In this document: positions 25,047-37,486 of the stretch, piece by piece
Layout of the letters: each line of letters begins with the position of its first letter
How positions within the stretch are numbered: position 1 is the first letter of the stretch
The notes under the pieces: model-generated
The model's database searches: none
Seen by the model: the letters and a program-made list of their open reading frames with translations, nothing else
Told to the model about the DNA's origin: nothing
From: Gekko japonicus
Lineage: Eukaryota
Reading direction: 5' to 3'
Length of the DNA: 64,000 nucleotides
NCBI RefSeq assembly: GCF_001447785.1
Contig: NW_015169799.1
Location: forward strand, 124,001-188,000
Program-made: the position numbers and the translations under genes

Positions 25047-26186
25047 TGTGATGGACTGCACTTTTAAAAGCTCAGAAAGGTTGTATAAACAGATATATGA
25101 CCATGAAGGGTTAATTCTTCACAGAAACAGAGATCCTTGTGACAGGCTGCTCCAAGGAATCTGATTGGTTAGCATCAGCTGAGCAGAGAGACTTGAGAGC
25201 TGAATGCTGAGGAGATCCAGTCTGATTTCAGCCCTAGCTGAGAAGAGTCGAGTACTGACAGAGTCTGACTGTGAACAGAATACAGACGGCATACTGGGGA
25301 GGTTGGCAAAGAAAAGTGGGTAGGTTAGGCGAAGACTCCCATTCAGGCCAAGGAAATGGGATAGATCTTCTAGTGAGAGAAGAATTTCCCTACCCAGTCA
25401 AAACAGGGAAATAGCTCTGAAGAGTGGAGAGATCCCTGGTCTGGTGTGGTTAGAGACTGCCTTGTGAAATCTTAAGAGTCAGTTAAAACTCAAGAAGAGT
25501 ACTGGTGTGTTTAGAGTGTCTTAGCCTTCTGGAAACCAAAAGAGTTAGTGAATACTCAAAGAATGTGTACTAGAGTGTTTGAGAAATACTGGAGGAAAAG
25601 CCTCCCATCATAAAGATTTTAAGTCACTGTGAATAGCTTAAGAAACTCTCATTAGCCTGAAACATATGAACTGTAGTCTGTGCATCTACTGATTTTACCT
25701 CAGAGTTATTTATTCAAGTTACCTCAGAAGTTTTACCCCTGATTTCACCTGACCTTTCTCCCTCTGTTGAATAAAATTGTTGTGTATGTAATATAATGTA
25801 TGAAGGTATTGAGCTTGAGTCTGACCAAGGTATTGTAAACTGACCTATCAGAACAAAGGAAGTTCTGGAGGGAAGCAAAGTGATTGGTCTTTATGTACTG
25901 TATTTGATTGGACCTTATCTGACTTGTGGGCGTGGCTTGCCAAGCCTGGACTGTTTAAAAAGGAGCCTGTTGCTCCATAGTTTGTCTTGTTCTGGTTCTT
26001 CTGACTTCGTGTTCAATAAAGCTGTTATCACTGTTCACCTGCTGCCTTGAGTCTCGTATTTAACAAAAATATTTTGTTTTTTTTGAACTTCTGAAAGCCT
26101 TGAGTGCCATTTCAGTTGTTTAGGTTAAGGGGGGCTCTTGATCCTTCGCTCAGGTTCCTTGGCTGAGCCAGCAGTAAAATATCATA
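25047..26186 (+). mobile_element. Solo LTR-like element, copy B, interrupted by another LTR
   Basis: Starts TGTGATGGACTGCAC; collinear with the reverse complement of copy A on both sides of the 25778-26065 insertion. Confidence 0.7.
25778..26065 (+). mobile_element. Solo LTR (288 bp)
   Basis: TGTT...AACA ends, 5-bp TSD aaaat, reverse CCAAT boxes, tttaaaaa TATA-like and AATAAA. The empty site is visible in copy A. Confidence 0.88.
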
Positions 26187-26230
26187 CTGGGATGATGCTT
26201 GATAATGATGATGATGATGATGATGATAAT

Positions 26231-26466
26231 GAAGAAGAATAAGAATTGGTTTTTATACCCTGCTTTTCACTACTTGAAGGAATCTCAGAGTGGCTTACAG
26301 TTTATTTCTCTTCCTCTTCCCACAACAGACACCCTGTGAGGTGGGTGGGACTGAGAGAACTCTGAGAGAACTGTGAATGGCCCAAAGTCACCCAGCTGGC
26401 TTCATGTGGAGGTGTGGGGAATCAAACCTGGTTCTCCAGATTAGAGTCTGCTACTCTTAACCACTG
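26231..26466 (-). mobile_element. tRNA-derived SINE (Squam3-like)
   Basis: Same family as 10968-11213; followed on the minus strand by a (ATC)n microsatellite. Confidence 0.8.
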
Positions 26467-27071
26467 GTTAACCATTTACGAAAACCTTAATCGTGTCCTA
26501 AAATAGGATTTGAAATTTATACTTGCATTCTTGCACTTTCAGTAAGGCTACTCATAGGTGTTGTAATATCCATGCATTTATGTATTTTATTTTATTTATG
26601 GAATGTTTATGCCACCCTCCCCCTCAAGTGGGCTCATGGTGGGTTACAATACAACAGCAAGACATATAAAAACAATTCCATATAATTTGAGTTAAAAACT
26701 AAAACCCCGTTTAAACTACATGATGGAGAAATGGTAACTTATACACCATAGGGATATTTATTTATTTTTTAATTTTATCCTTCCATTTGTATACCGCTCA
26801 CCCCCTGAGGGCTCTGAGCGGTAAAAAAGCGGTTCACATATTTAATCAGTACAAGTCCTAACCTAGGGCCACATACAAGGGGGTGTGTGACTAAACTACC
26901 AGGCACCCTTTGTAGCGAGTTGTTTTTCTGTTGTCTGTGGGCAACGTCCTCCTGGCGCTGGTCTTGATTTATGACTTCCTGGCTGTTGCGACACCTTCGA
27001 GTCTGGGCCGAGCACACGTCTGTCGGCCTCTGTCCATCAGACCCCTGCTAATAATATAAGTTGGTATCATA

Positions 27072-28165
27072 TTTATTTATTTATTTTATTTCATTAGATT
27101 TCTTGAGCTCTTCCCCGCTTATGCAGGGCTCAGGGCAGTTTACAACAACATAATTCAATACAGTTTTAAAACCAATTACAACTACAAGAATTCAATATGA
27201 AAACATTCAGCATAAATATTTAAACATTTTAAGAACAAGATGGCATATCTAGCATTCAGATTTTTAGGGGGGGAGGATGCTGGGTAGATGTGAAGAAACC
27301 GTTGCTGGCCTCAACCAAAGGCCTGGTGGAACATCTCTGCCTTGCATGCCCTGCAGAACTTTAATAGATGAGACAGGGCACGGATGTAATTCAGCAGAGA
27401 GTACCACCAGGCTGGGGCCAAGTCTGAGAAAGCCCTCGCCCTGGTTGAGGCCAGCTGGATAGCTTTGGGGCCGGGAACTACCAGGAGATTCTTATCTGCT
27501 GATCTCAATGCCCTTCGGGGGACATATCGTAAGAGGCAGTCCCGAAGGTACATATGTCCCTGACCATTAAGGGCTTTAAAGGTGAGCACCAAAACCTTGA
27601 ATCTGATCTGGTGCTCCACTGGCAGCTAGCGCAGCTTGCGCAACACTGGGTGGATATGTGTCCTCCATGGAGTCCCTGTAAGGACCTGTGCAGCCACATT
27701 TTGTACCAGTTGGAGCTTCCGGGTCAGTCTCAAGGGTAGTCCTATGTAAAGTGAGTTACAATAGTCCAACCTGGAGGTGACCGTTGCAGGGATTACTGTG
27801 GCAAGGTCAGGGCGAGACAGATAGGGGGCCAGCTGCCTGACTTGGCGCAGTTGGAAAAAGGCCTGCTGGACAACATTGGTGATCTGGGCCTCCATAGATA
27901 GAGCGGGGTCTAAGATTACCCCCAGGCTCCTGACAGTAGGTGCCAATGTCAGAGGCACCCATCAAGGGCTGGGAGTTGACTCCCCAATCCTGAATCCCCC
28001 CCCCCATCACAGAATCTCCGTCTTAGCTGGATTCAGGTTCAACCGGCTTTGCTTCAACCATCTCACCATGGCTCAAAACTCCTCAGCTAGATTTTTCAGG
28101 GCATAGTCTGGGCAGCCACCCATCAACAGATATAGCTGAGTGTCATCAGCATATTGGTGACTCTC
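27072..28165 (-). mobile_element. L2 LINE 3' portion with (TAAA)n tail
   Basis: ORFs 27626-27958 and 27311-27619 (VRSLGVILD, SRLDYCNSL, KLQLVQN, FKVLVLTFKAL). Confidence 0.9.
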
Positions 28166-28254
28166 GAGCCCAAAACTCTGAAATTAGCCTGGCTGGCTGG
28201 GAAAGGGGCTGGTTGGAGCAGTGGAGGCCAGATATAATGAGACACCCGCCACCT

Positions 28255-29180
28255 CATCCAAAGGCTTTGGTGGAACAGCTCCAATTTACAGGCCCTGTGG
28301 AATTGTAATAACTCCTTCAGGCCTTGATCACAACTGGGAGCATGTTCCATCAGGCCGGAGCCAGAGCTGAAATGCTCTGGCTCTGATTGAGGTTAGGCAG
28401 ATGTCCCTTGGGCTGGGGATTACCAGTAGGTGTTGTTCAGCTGAGTATAAGGCTCTTTGGGGAACATATTGGGATACGTGGTCCTGCAGATATGTTGGCC
28501 CTTGGCCACATAGGGCTTTAAAGTTTAGCACCATAACCTTGGACCTAATCTAGTATACAGTCAGCAGCCAATGCAGCTGGTGACACACTGGCTGTATGGG
28601 CATCCACAAATACATCCCAGATAGGAGCCATGCTGCTGCATTTTGTATCAACAGAAGTTTCCAGGTCAGATTCACAGGCAGCCCTGCATAGAGCAAATTG
28701 CATTAATCCAGTCTGGAGGTGACCATTGCATGGATCACCGTAGCCAAGTTGCGGGGCAGGGGGGAGATAGGGAACCAACTGCCTAACCAACCAAAGATGG
28801 TAAAAGGCCGATCTGGCAGTATTTGTGACCTGGGCTTCCACTGAAAGTGAAGCATCCAGAGTCACTCCTAAACTCCTCACCATTGACACTGGCACTAAAA
28901 CTGCCCCACCAAGGATCGGGAGTTGGATTCCTGAACCCACACCCCCACGGCTTAGATACAGGACCTCCATCTTCGATTAATTTAATTTCAGTCGGCTCTG
29001 CTGTAACCAACCAGCCACAGCCTCCAAAGCCTTGGCCAAAATATCTGGGGTGGAGTCCGTCCATCCATCAACAGATACAGCTGGGTGATATCAGCGTACT
29101 GGTGACAACCCAGCCCAAACCGCCGGATTAATTGGGCAAGAGAGTGCATATAGATGTTAAACAACATTGGGGAGAGGGTA
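28255..29180 (-). mobile_element. Second L2 LINE portion, adjacent to the previous copy
   Basis: Repeats the same RT C-terminal motifs (FNIYM, YAD, VRSLGVTLD). Confidence 0.85.
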
Positions 29181-29265
29181 ACACAGACACCGTCTCCCCA
29201 AGTGTTTGATGTATGGGCACTGAAACAAACTGGGTGAGTTAAAGTGCTGCTATGGATGACACTAG

Positions 29266-29548
29266 GGGCGATTTCTTACTAGAGCTGCCTTGCAGCACAG
29301 CGCCGTTTGCCCCAACACAAACATGTCAATTTCACACCCGAGGCTGCGGGGCTGCATTTGACTCGGGGCTTTGCCCGATTTCCTCCGCAGTTTCATGATC
29401 CTCAAAAACCAGGATCACGAAACTGTGGAGGAAATTGGGCGAAGCCCCGAGTCAAAATGCAGCCCCGGAGCTTCGGGTGTGAAATTGACATGTTTGTGTC
29501 GGGGCAAATGGCGCTGTGCTGCGAGGCAGCTCTAGTGAGAAATCGCCC
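29266..29548. mobile_element. Palindromic PIF/Harbinger-type MITE
   Basis: Whole element is an inverted repeat (gggcgatttc...gaaatcgccc) around loop caaaaacc; 3-bp TSD tag. Confidence 0.85.
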
Positions 29549-29699
29549 TAGGTCTGTTGCCTGTGAGGAGGCAGCATCATCAGCATGGACACTGAAATCG
29601 CCCAGAATAGTCTGGGGTATTCCAACATCCAGCTTGATACTGCCTTCTGCAAGATGCTTCTGCAGAATTGTGGTTTATTCCTCTGACATAGCACTTGCT

Positions 29700-30985
29700 T
29701 GGTGTTACTGATATATTCTTATGTTCTACCAACTTATAGTGTAGTTCAAGTTTTTTAACCATAGCTTATGAGGAAGGAAAAAGGAATCCCTGACGAAGTT
29801 ATATATTGAATCTGGTAGCCAAACTCAGATTCTCAGAAAACTAAGAGGGCTTGACTTTTTTGCAGCAAAGCAATTAATAAAACAAAGAATGCTAGATATA
29901 AGTGTTCAGATGAACGCTGCACTGTTAAGTACCTTGAGAATAGATCCCCTTTACAAGCAACTTGCACCTTCTACTTTAACCTTTCCATCTTATTTTACCA
30001 ATTTATCAAATTCTGAGTATAGGAAAGCATTTACCGAAGCATGGTTGGATATTTTACAATTGGCCAAGTTAAGAGGCTGATATAATGGGATCCCATATAA
30101 AGAACATGTCTGTATTTGCGACCAGAAATCTATTGAGGATCTAGGTCATGTGGTCTTCCACTGCCCTAGATTTGCATTAGAACACGAAAGATATCTTGGG
30201 ACTATTTTATTACAATATCCAGGAAGACTATGAAAAAGAGAATAGGTATTTGACTGTTTATATGACGACAGCTGCAAGAATTTTATATGCCAAATATTGG
30301 AAAACTATGGTGATACCAACGAAACAGGAGTTTGTGAATAAACTTTTTGAAACAGCAGAAAATGATAAACTGACTTTAGAAATGAGATTAAGCAAAGAGT
30401 GGACATTTCAAAAAACATGGAAAAAGTTTTATGATTGGTATAATGTAAGTACAATAGAAGATTAGGCAATTATGGCACAATGGACTTGAGAACACAGAAG
30501 ACAGAAGAATGGAAAGTGATAGAGCATTTCTATTAATTAAATAATTGGATATAAGCATATAATGTAACTGTACTCTTGGTATACATGTTATGTGTAGTAG
30601 AGTGTCTGTAGTGTATAGATTTGTTTGTTGTAGATTATAAAAGAAAAATTAATAAAAGTGTACCCAAGGGTACTTAAAAAAAAAAAAACAATATCCAGGA
30701 AGAGTGGATAATTACAGGTTAATTATATTGCTTGCTGACAAAAGTAAACGAGTAATGCTGTAAATGGCAACGTTTGTTGCTCAGGTGACATTGTTATTGT
30801 TTTTCAATTTTGTACAATATTGTTGTTGGTTCAATTTTAATAATTATATGTAAAATTGTAATGGATATTAAAAGTTTTGATTGTTATTATGATAGTTGAA
30901 TTATAGTTTTGATGCTGTTTTGGTATTTTTGGTGTTACTTGCTAAGGCCATGAGCTAATGCAATAAAGTTTATGTATGTGTGTAT
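29700..30985 (+). mobile_element. RTE-X-like LINE 3' end, split by an L1 insertion
   Basis: YRKAFT.A...IPY.E.VCIC...IEDL.HVVFHCP Cys/His C-terminus; gcaataaag plus (tatg)n tail. Clade assignment by recall. Confidence 0.55.
30228..30687 (+). mobile_element. 5'-truncated L1 with poly(A)
   Basis: ORF2 C-terminus TAARILYAKYWK...AENDKLT; AATAAA and poly(A); 16-bp TSD acaatatccaggaaga at 30212-30227 and 30688-30703. Confidence 0.9.
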
Positions 30986-32082
30986 GCTGTAGTAAGAGGA
31001 AGGCAATTGTAAGCCACCTGAAACTCCTTAAAGTAGAGAAAAGCAGGGTATAAAAATCAACTGTTCTTCTTCTCTGGTAGAAGATTTGGGATTCCATAGA
31101 AGAGACATGTACTCTTAGAATAGAGCTAATATCTGTTGATATCTGTTTATAGTCCTGTACTTCACCATAATCATATAGCTAGAGGGAGTAGTGAGAGAAT
31201 CTATATGTTACAAGATTCTGTGTGTGCCAGGCAGCAGACTGGACTCTTTTGTCAGCTCCTCTATTCTGAGACATCAGACATTATTGAATGAATTAGCAGT
31301 CCACTCATGAATTGCACAAACTGTCTTCCATGTGTCAGTTTTTTAGAATTGCAAATAAAAGCAAAAGCTCCTGGATGAAAAGTTTCCATATTGTCCCAAA
31401 ACCAAACTCACCGAGTACATAAAATATTTCCAGCAGAAACATAATTCTTACTTGTGTACACATCCTATGCATCTTTTAAAAAATAATACTAGTGATCTTT
31501 GTAGTGAGAAACTTATCCTGTGAAAGGGTTATCCTTAAATCATTGTAATGGATCAGATTCTTTTGAAGCAAATGGGACTTGCTGTAGCTCACAACTCAGT
31601 GAAAAGTGAACATTTAGAAGAACAATCAACGCCATGCCTTCTGTACTTTGTTTCAAAACAAAATGAGAATCCAGTCACTGAATGTTTCTCTTTCTGTTTA
31701 ATATGGGAATGTAGTTTTCTTCACTTCTTATTCAACAAGAGTCCACAAAATGGTCTCCAAAATCTCAAGCAATGTGCACTGAGTACAGCAGAGGAAGCCA
31801 TCTGTTTGTTGTCATTTTTGAGCTGACATTTTTTCCTCTCACTGGCTGCACAGTATTCAACTTCAGTTTACATGCATGCTTAAGCAGTACTACATAAAGT
31901 ATTCCAATGTCTAATGTTTTGACTTAATTCAACATGACTGAATTAAGGGAGTTGTTGAGCAAGTGGCCTGAACCAGACTTGGACACACACCAGCATAGTC
32001 TTCATTATTTCTTTTCTCATTGCAAGTAGATGTTCCTCATGCAGTGGGCATTCTATGATTCCATGTCACATTTATATGACCA

Positions 32083-32316
32083 TTAGGGATGCCAGTCTTC
32101 AGGTGGATCCTGGGGATCTTCTGGATCTACAGACTATCAAGCTCATTTCCCCTGGAGAAATGGATTCTTTGGTGGGTGGACTGAATGGTGTTGTACCCAT
32201 TGAGGTTCCAGTGGGTACAGTGGTCCATCTCCAAATCTCCAGGAGTTTCCCAACCTGAATTTGGCAACCCTCCTCCACCACCCCCTGCTGGTGGCCAGGG
32301 GAGACCTGGCAACCCT
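32083..32316. mobile_element. hAT-type MITE (tagggttgcca TIR family)
   Basis: tagggatgcca...tggcaacccta ends; related decayed copy near 827-1025. Confidence 0.7.
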
Positions 32317-32624
32317 AGACCACCTGCAATTACAATGGAATTGGCTGAAATTCTGTAGGATGAATATGAACCTCATCCACAACAGTGCTAATAAACTACT
32401 AGTCCTCCAGCCTGCAAACTGGCCAGCAGAAATTATTGTTGCTTTAAAACTGGAGACAATCTTGGATTCTTGAGTCTTGCACTACAACTAGTCTGCTGGA
32501 TTAAACATGAATGTGTCACAGAGGTCATGGTTGATGCGGTGCGTAAAAAAGGCTGGAATTGTAGCTTCAGCAGTACTGCGAGTTGGAGTCTAGTGGCACC
32601 TTTAAGACCAACAAAGTTTTATTC

Positions 32625-33124
32625 CCGCTGTACACTGCATTGGTCAGGCCACACCTGGAGTATTGTGTGCAGTTCTGGAGGCCTCACTTCAAAAAGAATG
32701 TGGACAGAATGGAGCGGGTGCAGAGGAGAGTGACAAGGATGCTCAGGGGCCTGGAGACCAAGCCCTATGAGGAAAGACTTGGGAATGTTTAGTCTGGAGA
32801 AGAGGTGGCTGAGGGGGGCATGATTGCTCTCTTTAAGTATTTGAAGGGCTGTCACTTAGAGGAGGGCAGGGAGCTGTTCCTGTCGGCAGCAGAGGATAGG
32901 ACTCACAATAATACCGGCTAGATAGTAGGAAATTTTTTTTAATAGTAAGCGTTGTTCAACAATGGAATCAGGTACCTAGGGAGGTGGTGAGCTCCCACTC
33001 ACTGGCAGTCTTTAAGCAGCGGCTGGACAAACACTTGTCAGGGATGCTGTAGACTGATCCTGCATTGAGCAGGGGGTTGGACTAGATGGCCTGTATGGAC
33101 CCTTCCAACTCTGTGATTCTATGA
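32625..33124 (+). mobile_element. CR1 LINE 3' end
   Basis: [17 protein letters not shown]...ERVQRR; ends ccttccaactctgtgattctatga; 6-bp flanking repeat ttattc. Confidence 0.92.
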
Positions 33125-33168
33125 TTATTCAAGGTATAAGTTTTCATGTGCATGCACACTTCTTCATT

Positions 33169-33206
33169 GTATCTGAAGAAGTGTGCTTGTACACGAAAGT
33201 TTATAC
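33169..33206 (+). ncRNA. Minimal type I hammerhead ribozyme motif (Penelope-associated), activity untested
   Basis: GUAU-CUGAAGA-A-[GUGUG cuug UACAC]-GAAA-GUUU-AUAC: core CUGANGA and GAAA, 5-bp stem II, GUAU/AUAC stem I. Confidence 0.6.
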
Positions 33207-33659
33207 CTTGAATAAAACTTTGCTGGTCTTAAAGGTACCTACGGAATTCAAACTTTGTTCTGCTGCTTCGGACCAACATGTCCTCTGCCCGCCTGAATCT
33301 AGTTCCATTACTGCTTTATTCTATGAAGGCAGCCTAGGCCACCATAGCTTTCAAAAAGAAGCTTGAGTATTCTGTGATCCAATATGTGGCACAAACCAAA
33401 TTTCTTGTCCCCTCACTTTAGTAGGAATATGGGTGGGGGGTTATCAGATCAGTAGAATATAGTAGCCCAGACAATGCAGTGATGTTTTTGCAACACAGTT
33501 AGTAAATGAAGCACCGCTTCAAGTCCAGTATCTTTTATCCAACCTTTCATTCTCCAACTAGACACTATCTGGGATGAAATGCATGCTCATTGTACTGGGA
33601 CCATTTGATGGCCTGAGAAAAGTAACAAGCTCTTGAGTCTTCACTGTAAAGACTGTCCA

Positions 33660-34042
33660 CAGCATTAAGGGATGTGCTGCAGTCTGTGTACTGAAACTGT
33701 AATGGAAATGAATGATAACAAGTGCCTAATGGCAAGGAGAACTGCGCTGGAACGAAAGCATCGGGCTGGCTCGAACCACCTATTTGACAGTGGTACCAAA
33801 TGGGGCTGCCGGAAGACACCATGATAACAACTGAGACCATCTTGACAATGCAAGCACTTTATTGTGGATAGTAATGTTGAAGCACTTTTATTGTTATTTA
33901 TTGTTATTACTATTATTGTTATATTTGTGATTTTACTGTTTTACTGGTTTTTATGCTGGGCTTGTGCCCCCTGTAAGCCGCCCTGAGCCCACTTGCGGGG
34001 AGGGCGGGGTAAAAATGCTCTAAATAAATAAATAAATAAATA
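33660..34042 (+). mobile_element. L2 3' UTR and tail
   Basis: tgtaagccgccctgagccc...(taaa)n; 5' boundary uncertain. Confidence 0.65.
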
Positions 34043-35156
34043 ATATACAGAAGTTGTGCGATGGGCCTTTTGTAAAAAAAAATATCACATCAGATGAATT
34101 CTTTTTAGCTGTTGGTTCTTGTCTGAGCTTTTAGGCTTTGCCCTGATGGCTACATTCTGAACATGTCTTTGGGGCTGTGAAAGCCGCAATTCTAAGCAGT
34201 TCTAAGACTTCTGAAGTGGCATTGACTACAGTGAGATTTAAGTAGCTTAACTCTGTGCAGGATTGCCTCTATATTCGTTTATAAAGGAAGGCTCCAGTTT
34301 TCATGATTGTGTTACTTGTCTGCTTAGTTTAATGTACAGTTTTGTGTACTGCAGAGGTCCCTCCAGGCTTTCAGTCCTTTCATGTTGAAAACACAGCATA
34401 AACCGGAGCTATTGTGGGAATGTCAGCCTGTCTGAAATGCGATTGCTTTAATTTCATCCATATTCATGCCAGAATTGACACAGTTTTTTTGCTAGTGTGC
34501 CCCAAACGAAGTAAAATATGTATAAAAATAAAACTTCTTGATCTGTTTCTGTTTCCCCCCCACAGCCAACACGAATCCTATTATCTTCAGAAATAAGTTG
34601 TATTTGTACATCTGTCTTTTTAGGGGAACACATCTCTGTTTAGAGAAAGAGTAATAAATTAGAGAGACTTTTATATTGCCCGCTGAACCTCAGAAGCAGC
34701 AATTTCTTTTAATAATATGAACAACAACATTAGTGTTTTGTTGAGTTTTGTTATGTTGAGACTATCTGTGTTGATCCAAAAATAAGCCCAGTCTTTCTGA
34801 GATGAAAACTAAGATGAAAAAAGCACACCTGGCAGTGTGATCCCAAGTTTGGCTGCAGGTGAATCAGTGAAAAAGGCAAGAAGGAGGGCTTCTCCTAAAA
34901 GCAGCTAGAAGAGGCAGGAAAAGAAACAGATTAAATGCCCTAGACACGGGGTCAACATGTGGTGGGGCCAATGGTGATCACATCAAGTGTTCAATAGGCC
35001 ATCACTGAATAAGTGATCCCCAGTTTCCTGGTGACATAAACAGCAACTGTGGGATTTTAAAGGTCAAATAAAATATAGCCTGAATCTGCAGTAGAATCTT
35101 ACATGCAGTAATATGATCATGGTTGCTTAAACTGCATTCAGATACAATAGTTGAAA

Positions 35157-35345
35157 CTCAGGATTCAAGTCCAGTAACCCCTTAAGGAGCAACAAGATTT
35201 CCAGGGTATAAGCTTACAAGAGTCAACGCTCCCTTTGTCAGAGCTCTCAAAAGCTTATACCCTAGAAATCTTGTTGATCTCTAAGGTGGTACTGGACTCG
35301 AATGTTGCACTTCTACTGCAGACCAACACGGCCATCCACCTGATT
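35157..35345. mobile_element. Penelope-like inverted terminal-repeat pair (decayed)
   Basis: caacaagatttccagggtataagctt / aagcttataccctagaaatcttgttg inverted arms. Confidence 0.65.
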
Positions 35346-37486
35346 TTAGTAGTTGAAGCTGGAAGGCCATACAATAGGATTCTCTATTCTTTGCAAACCA
35401 TAATGATTCCTGTCACTGAGGAAGCATAATGGTGACCTGGGATGAAGAATTCCTTTGTTGCTATATCACCTTTAAGTACCCAACTTTCTGCTGAGCATCT
35501 TAGCCTTTACCTTATGTTACTCTACTCAGAAGTCAACTGTTCACACAAACAATATGATGTTGAACAGAATCTGAAAACTAGACTGATCCCAGGAAAACCA
35601 CATGTCTCTTTATAGTTAATTCCTATTAAGAGAGATTTGCCTCACTTTGAAGCCCATGGCTTAACAGTATAAACAATTTCCCTCTAAAAATGTACCTGTT
35701 TCTGTATAATGTGGCTGTTAATGTTTTAAGAGAAATTATAATACCCTGAGAAACTATGGTTAAATGCAGTGCAAAAAATGCAAGTCTGTTTTTCTTCTTC
35801 TTCTAAGTATGAGGTCTTAGAGGTGCAAGATAAAGGTCAGGAAAAGGAAAATATTTGTGGCATAACTAAATAAAGCATGCTCTTTCCTTTTGGACGCACT
35901 CAAAGAGGGCTTCATTTCCCCCCTGCTATCATCTTGAAAATGCTGCAGTCTCATGCTGTGGGGAAGGGTACAGATGTGAGTTTTGAAAGGCAAATGAAGA
36001 AGAATGGCTGCAGTGGAAAGTGCTAATGAGAGCCCAGATGTGTTTACTTTTTCCTAACCTGTATTTGAATTTGGTCAAAATGCTAGAGGCCCTGTTTCAA
36101 AGGACAAGTTAGGCTCTTTAATAAATTTTTACCAGCACTTTGATATGAGTAGTCGAATACCCATATCAATACCAAAGACCTCTTGTACATCCAGTGGTGT
36201 GAGTCAGTAGTCTGCATGTTTTTGTCAGAGTCTCTTGCTTAGCAGCAGGATTCTCCCCTTATTATAAACCAGACTAATATTTTGTAGTCAAAAAAGAACA
36301 ACAACAGGCTAATATGGCAGCCTGCAGGAAAACATTGGGACCTTGCACTTGCTCATACAAACTCTGATTTTGTGCTTTAGCCAAAACCAGATATGTGGCA
36401 TACATCTTTCACCAAATGTAACATCTGTTTCGTACATGTCTTGCCTTTTACAATATGCCCATCCTGCTGTTTCTCAAGGATTTCCTATGTGAATGTGTGA
36501 GGAACCCAAGTGGATTATATGGGCTTGCTGCTAGCCTTATGTGGTCTGATGTGCCAAATGGAGGCATAGGAGCCCCAACAATAACAAAGATCCCAACAGG
36601 ACATCCTAGATCCCTGTGCAGTGCTGTGCATTCCATCGTATGTGGAAGAGATTATCTGGATGTGACTTGATTTTCCTTGGGAACAATTGCTCCACCGGCT
36701 GCTTTTTAAATTTTACTGATCTAGATAGTTATGCCCCACTTTTCTTCCTGATGGGGACATTGTTTGCCTGTTTTCCATTTTATCTTCACAACAACAACCC
36801 TGTGAGGTGTGTTATGCTGAGTGAATGACAGGTCCAAGTTCACCCAGCAAGCTTCCATGACAGAGTCTGGGTCGCCTAGATCTGAATCTGATACACCAAC
36901 CACTACACCTTACCTTATAAACAGTCAGTTTAAATGCAGAAGCCTGTTCCTGGCCATAGAATCTTTAAAGAGATGGAAGACTATAGAAACGATTTATTAT
37001 AAATAATGAACGATTTTATAAAAGCTCCTATCTTCCTTCTCCTATAGAAACAAAGGGAGGTAGTCAGGACGGTGGTTAAAAAAACGGAGAAGTTTACACA
37101 GTGTTTCTATCCTGAAGCTAGACCCTGTAGAGAATATACTTGAAATTAGAAAAGAGCCAAACTAATGCAAGCTGTTATAAATAGACTGGGAACACAAGGA
37201 ATTTGATGAGTGATGGGATAGTATAAAAGACTGTAGTTAAAATTTTGGCAAAACCCTTCAGTAAGGAAGTAAGAAAGCAAGAAGAGAGTTAACAAATGAG
37301 AGGCCAGCTGGCGACGGAGGTATGTGGGTCAGGAAAGCAGAATATGGCATGTCATTTGGAAACAAGACAGAATGCTTCTCCTGCCAACAGGCTAGGATAG
37401 GTTCTCTGTGTTTTTAGTATAAGATTATGATCGCCTCCTCTTCTTCAGAGTGTTAGTTTGTTGCTTAATGGTTCTTTCTGTTTCAG

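Larger units (their letters stand above)
32562..33300. mobile_element. Penelope-like inverted terminal-repeat pair with hammerhead motifs, interrupted by CR1
   Basis: Palindrome centred near 33169 (attcaaggtataag...cacacttcttca / tgaagaagtgtg...ttataccttgaat); left arm continues at 32562-32624. Confidence 0.72.
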
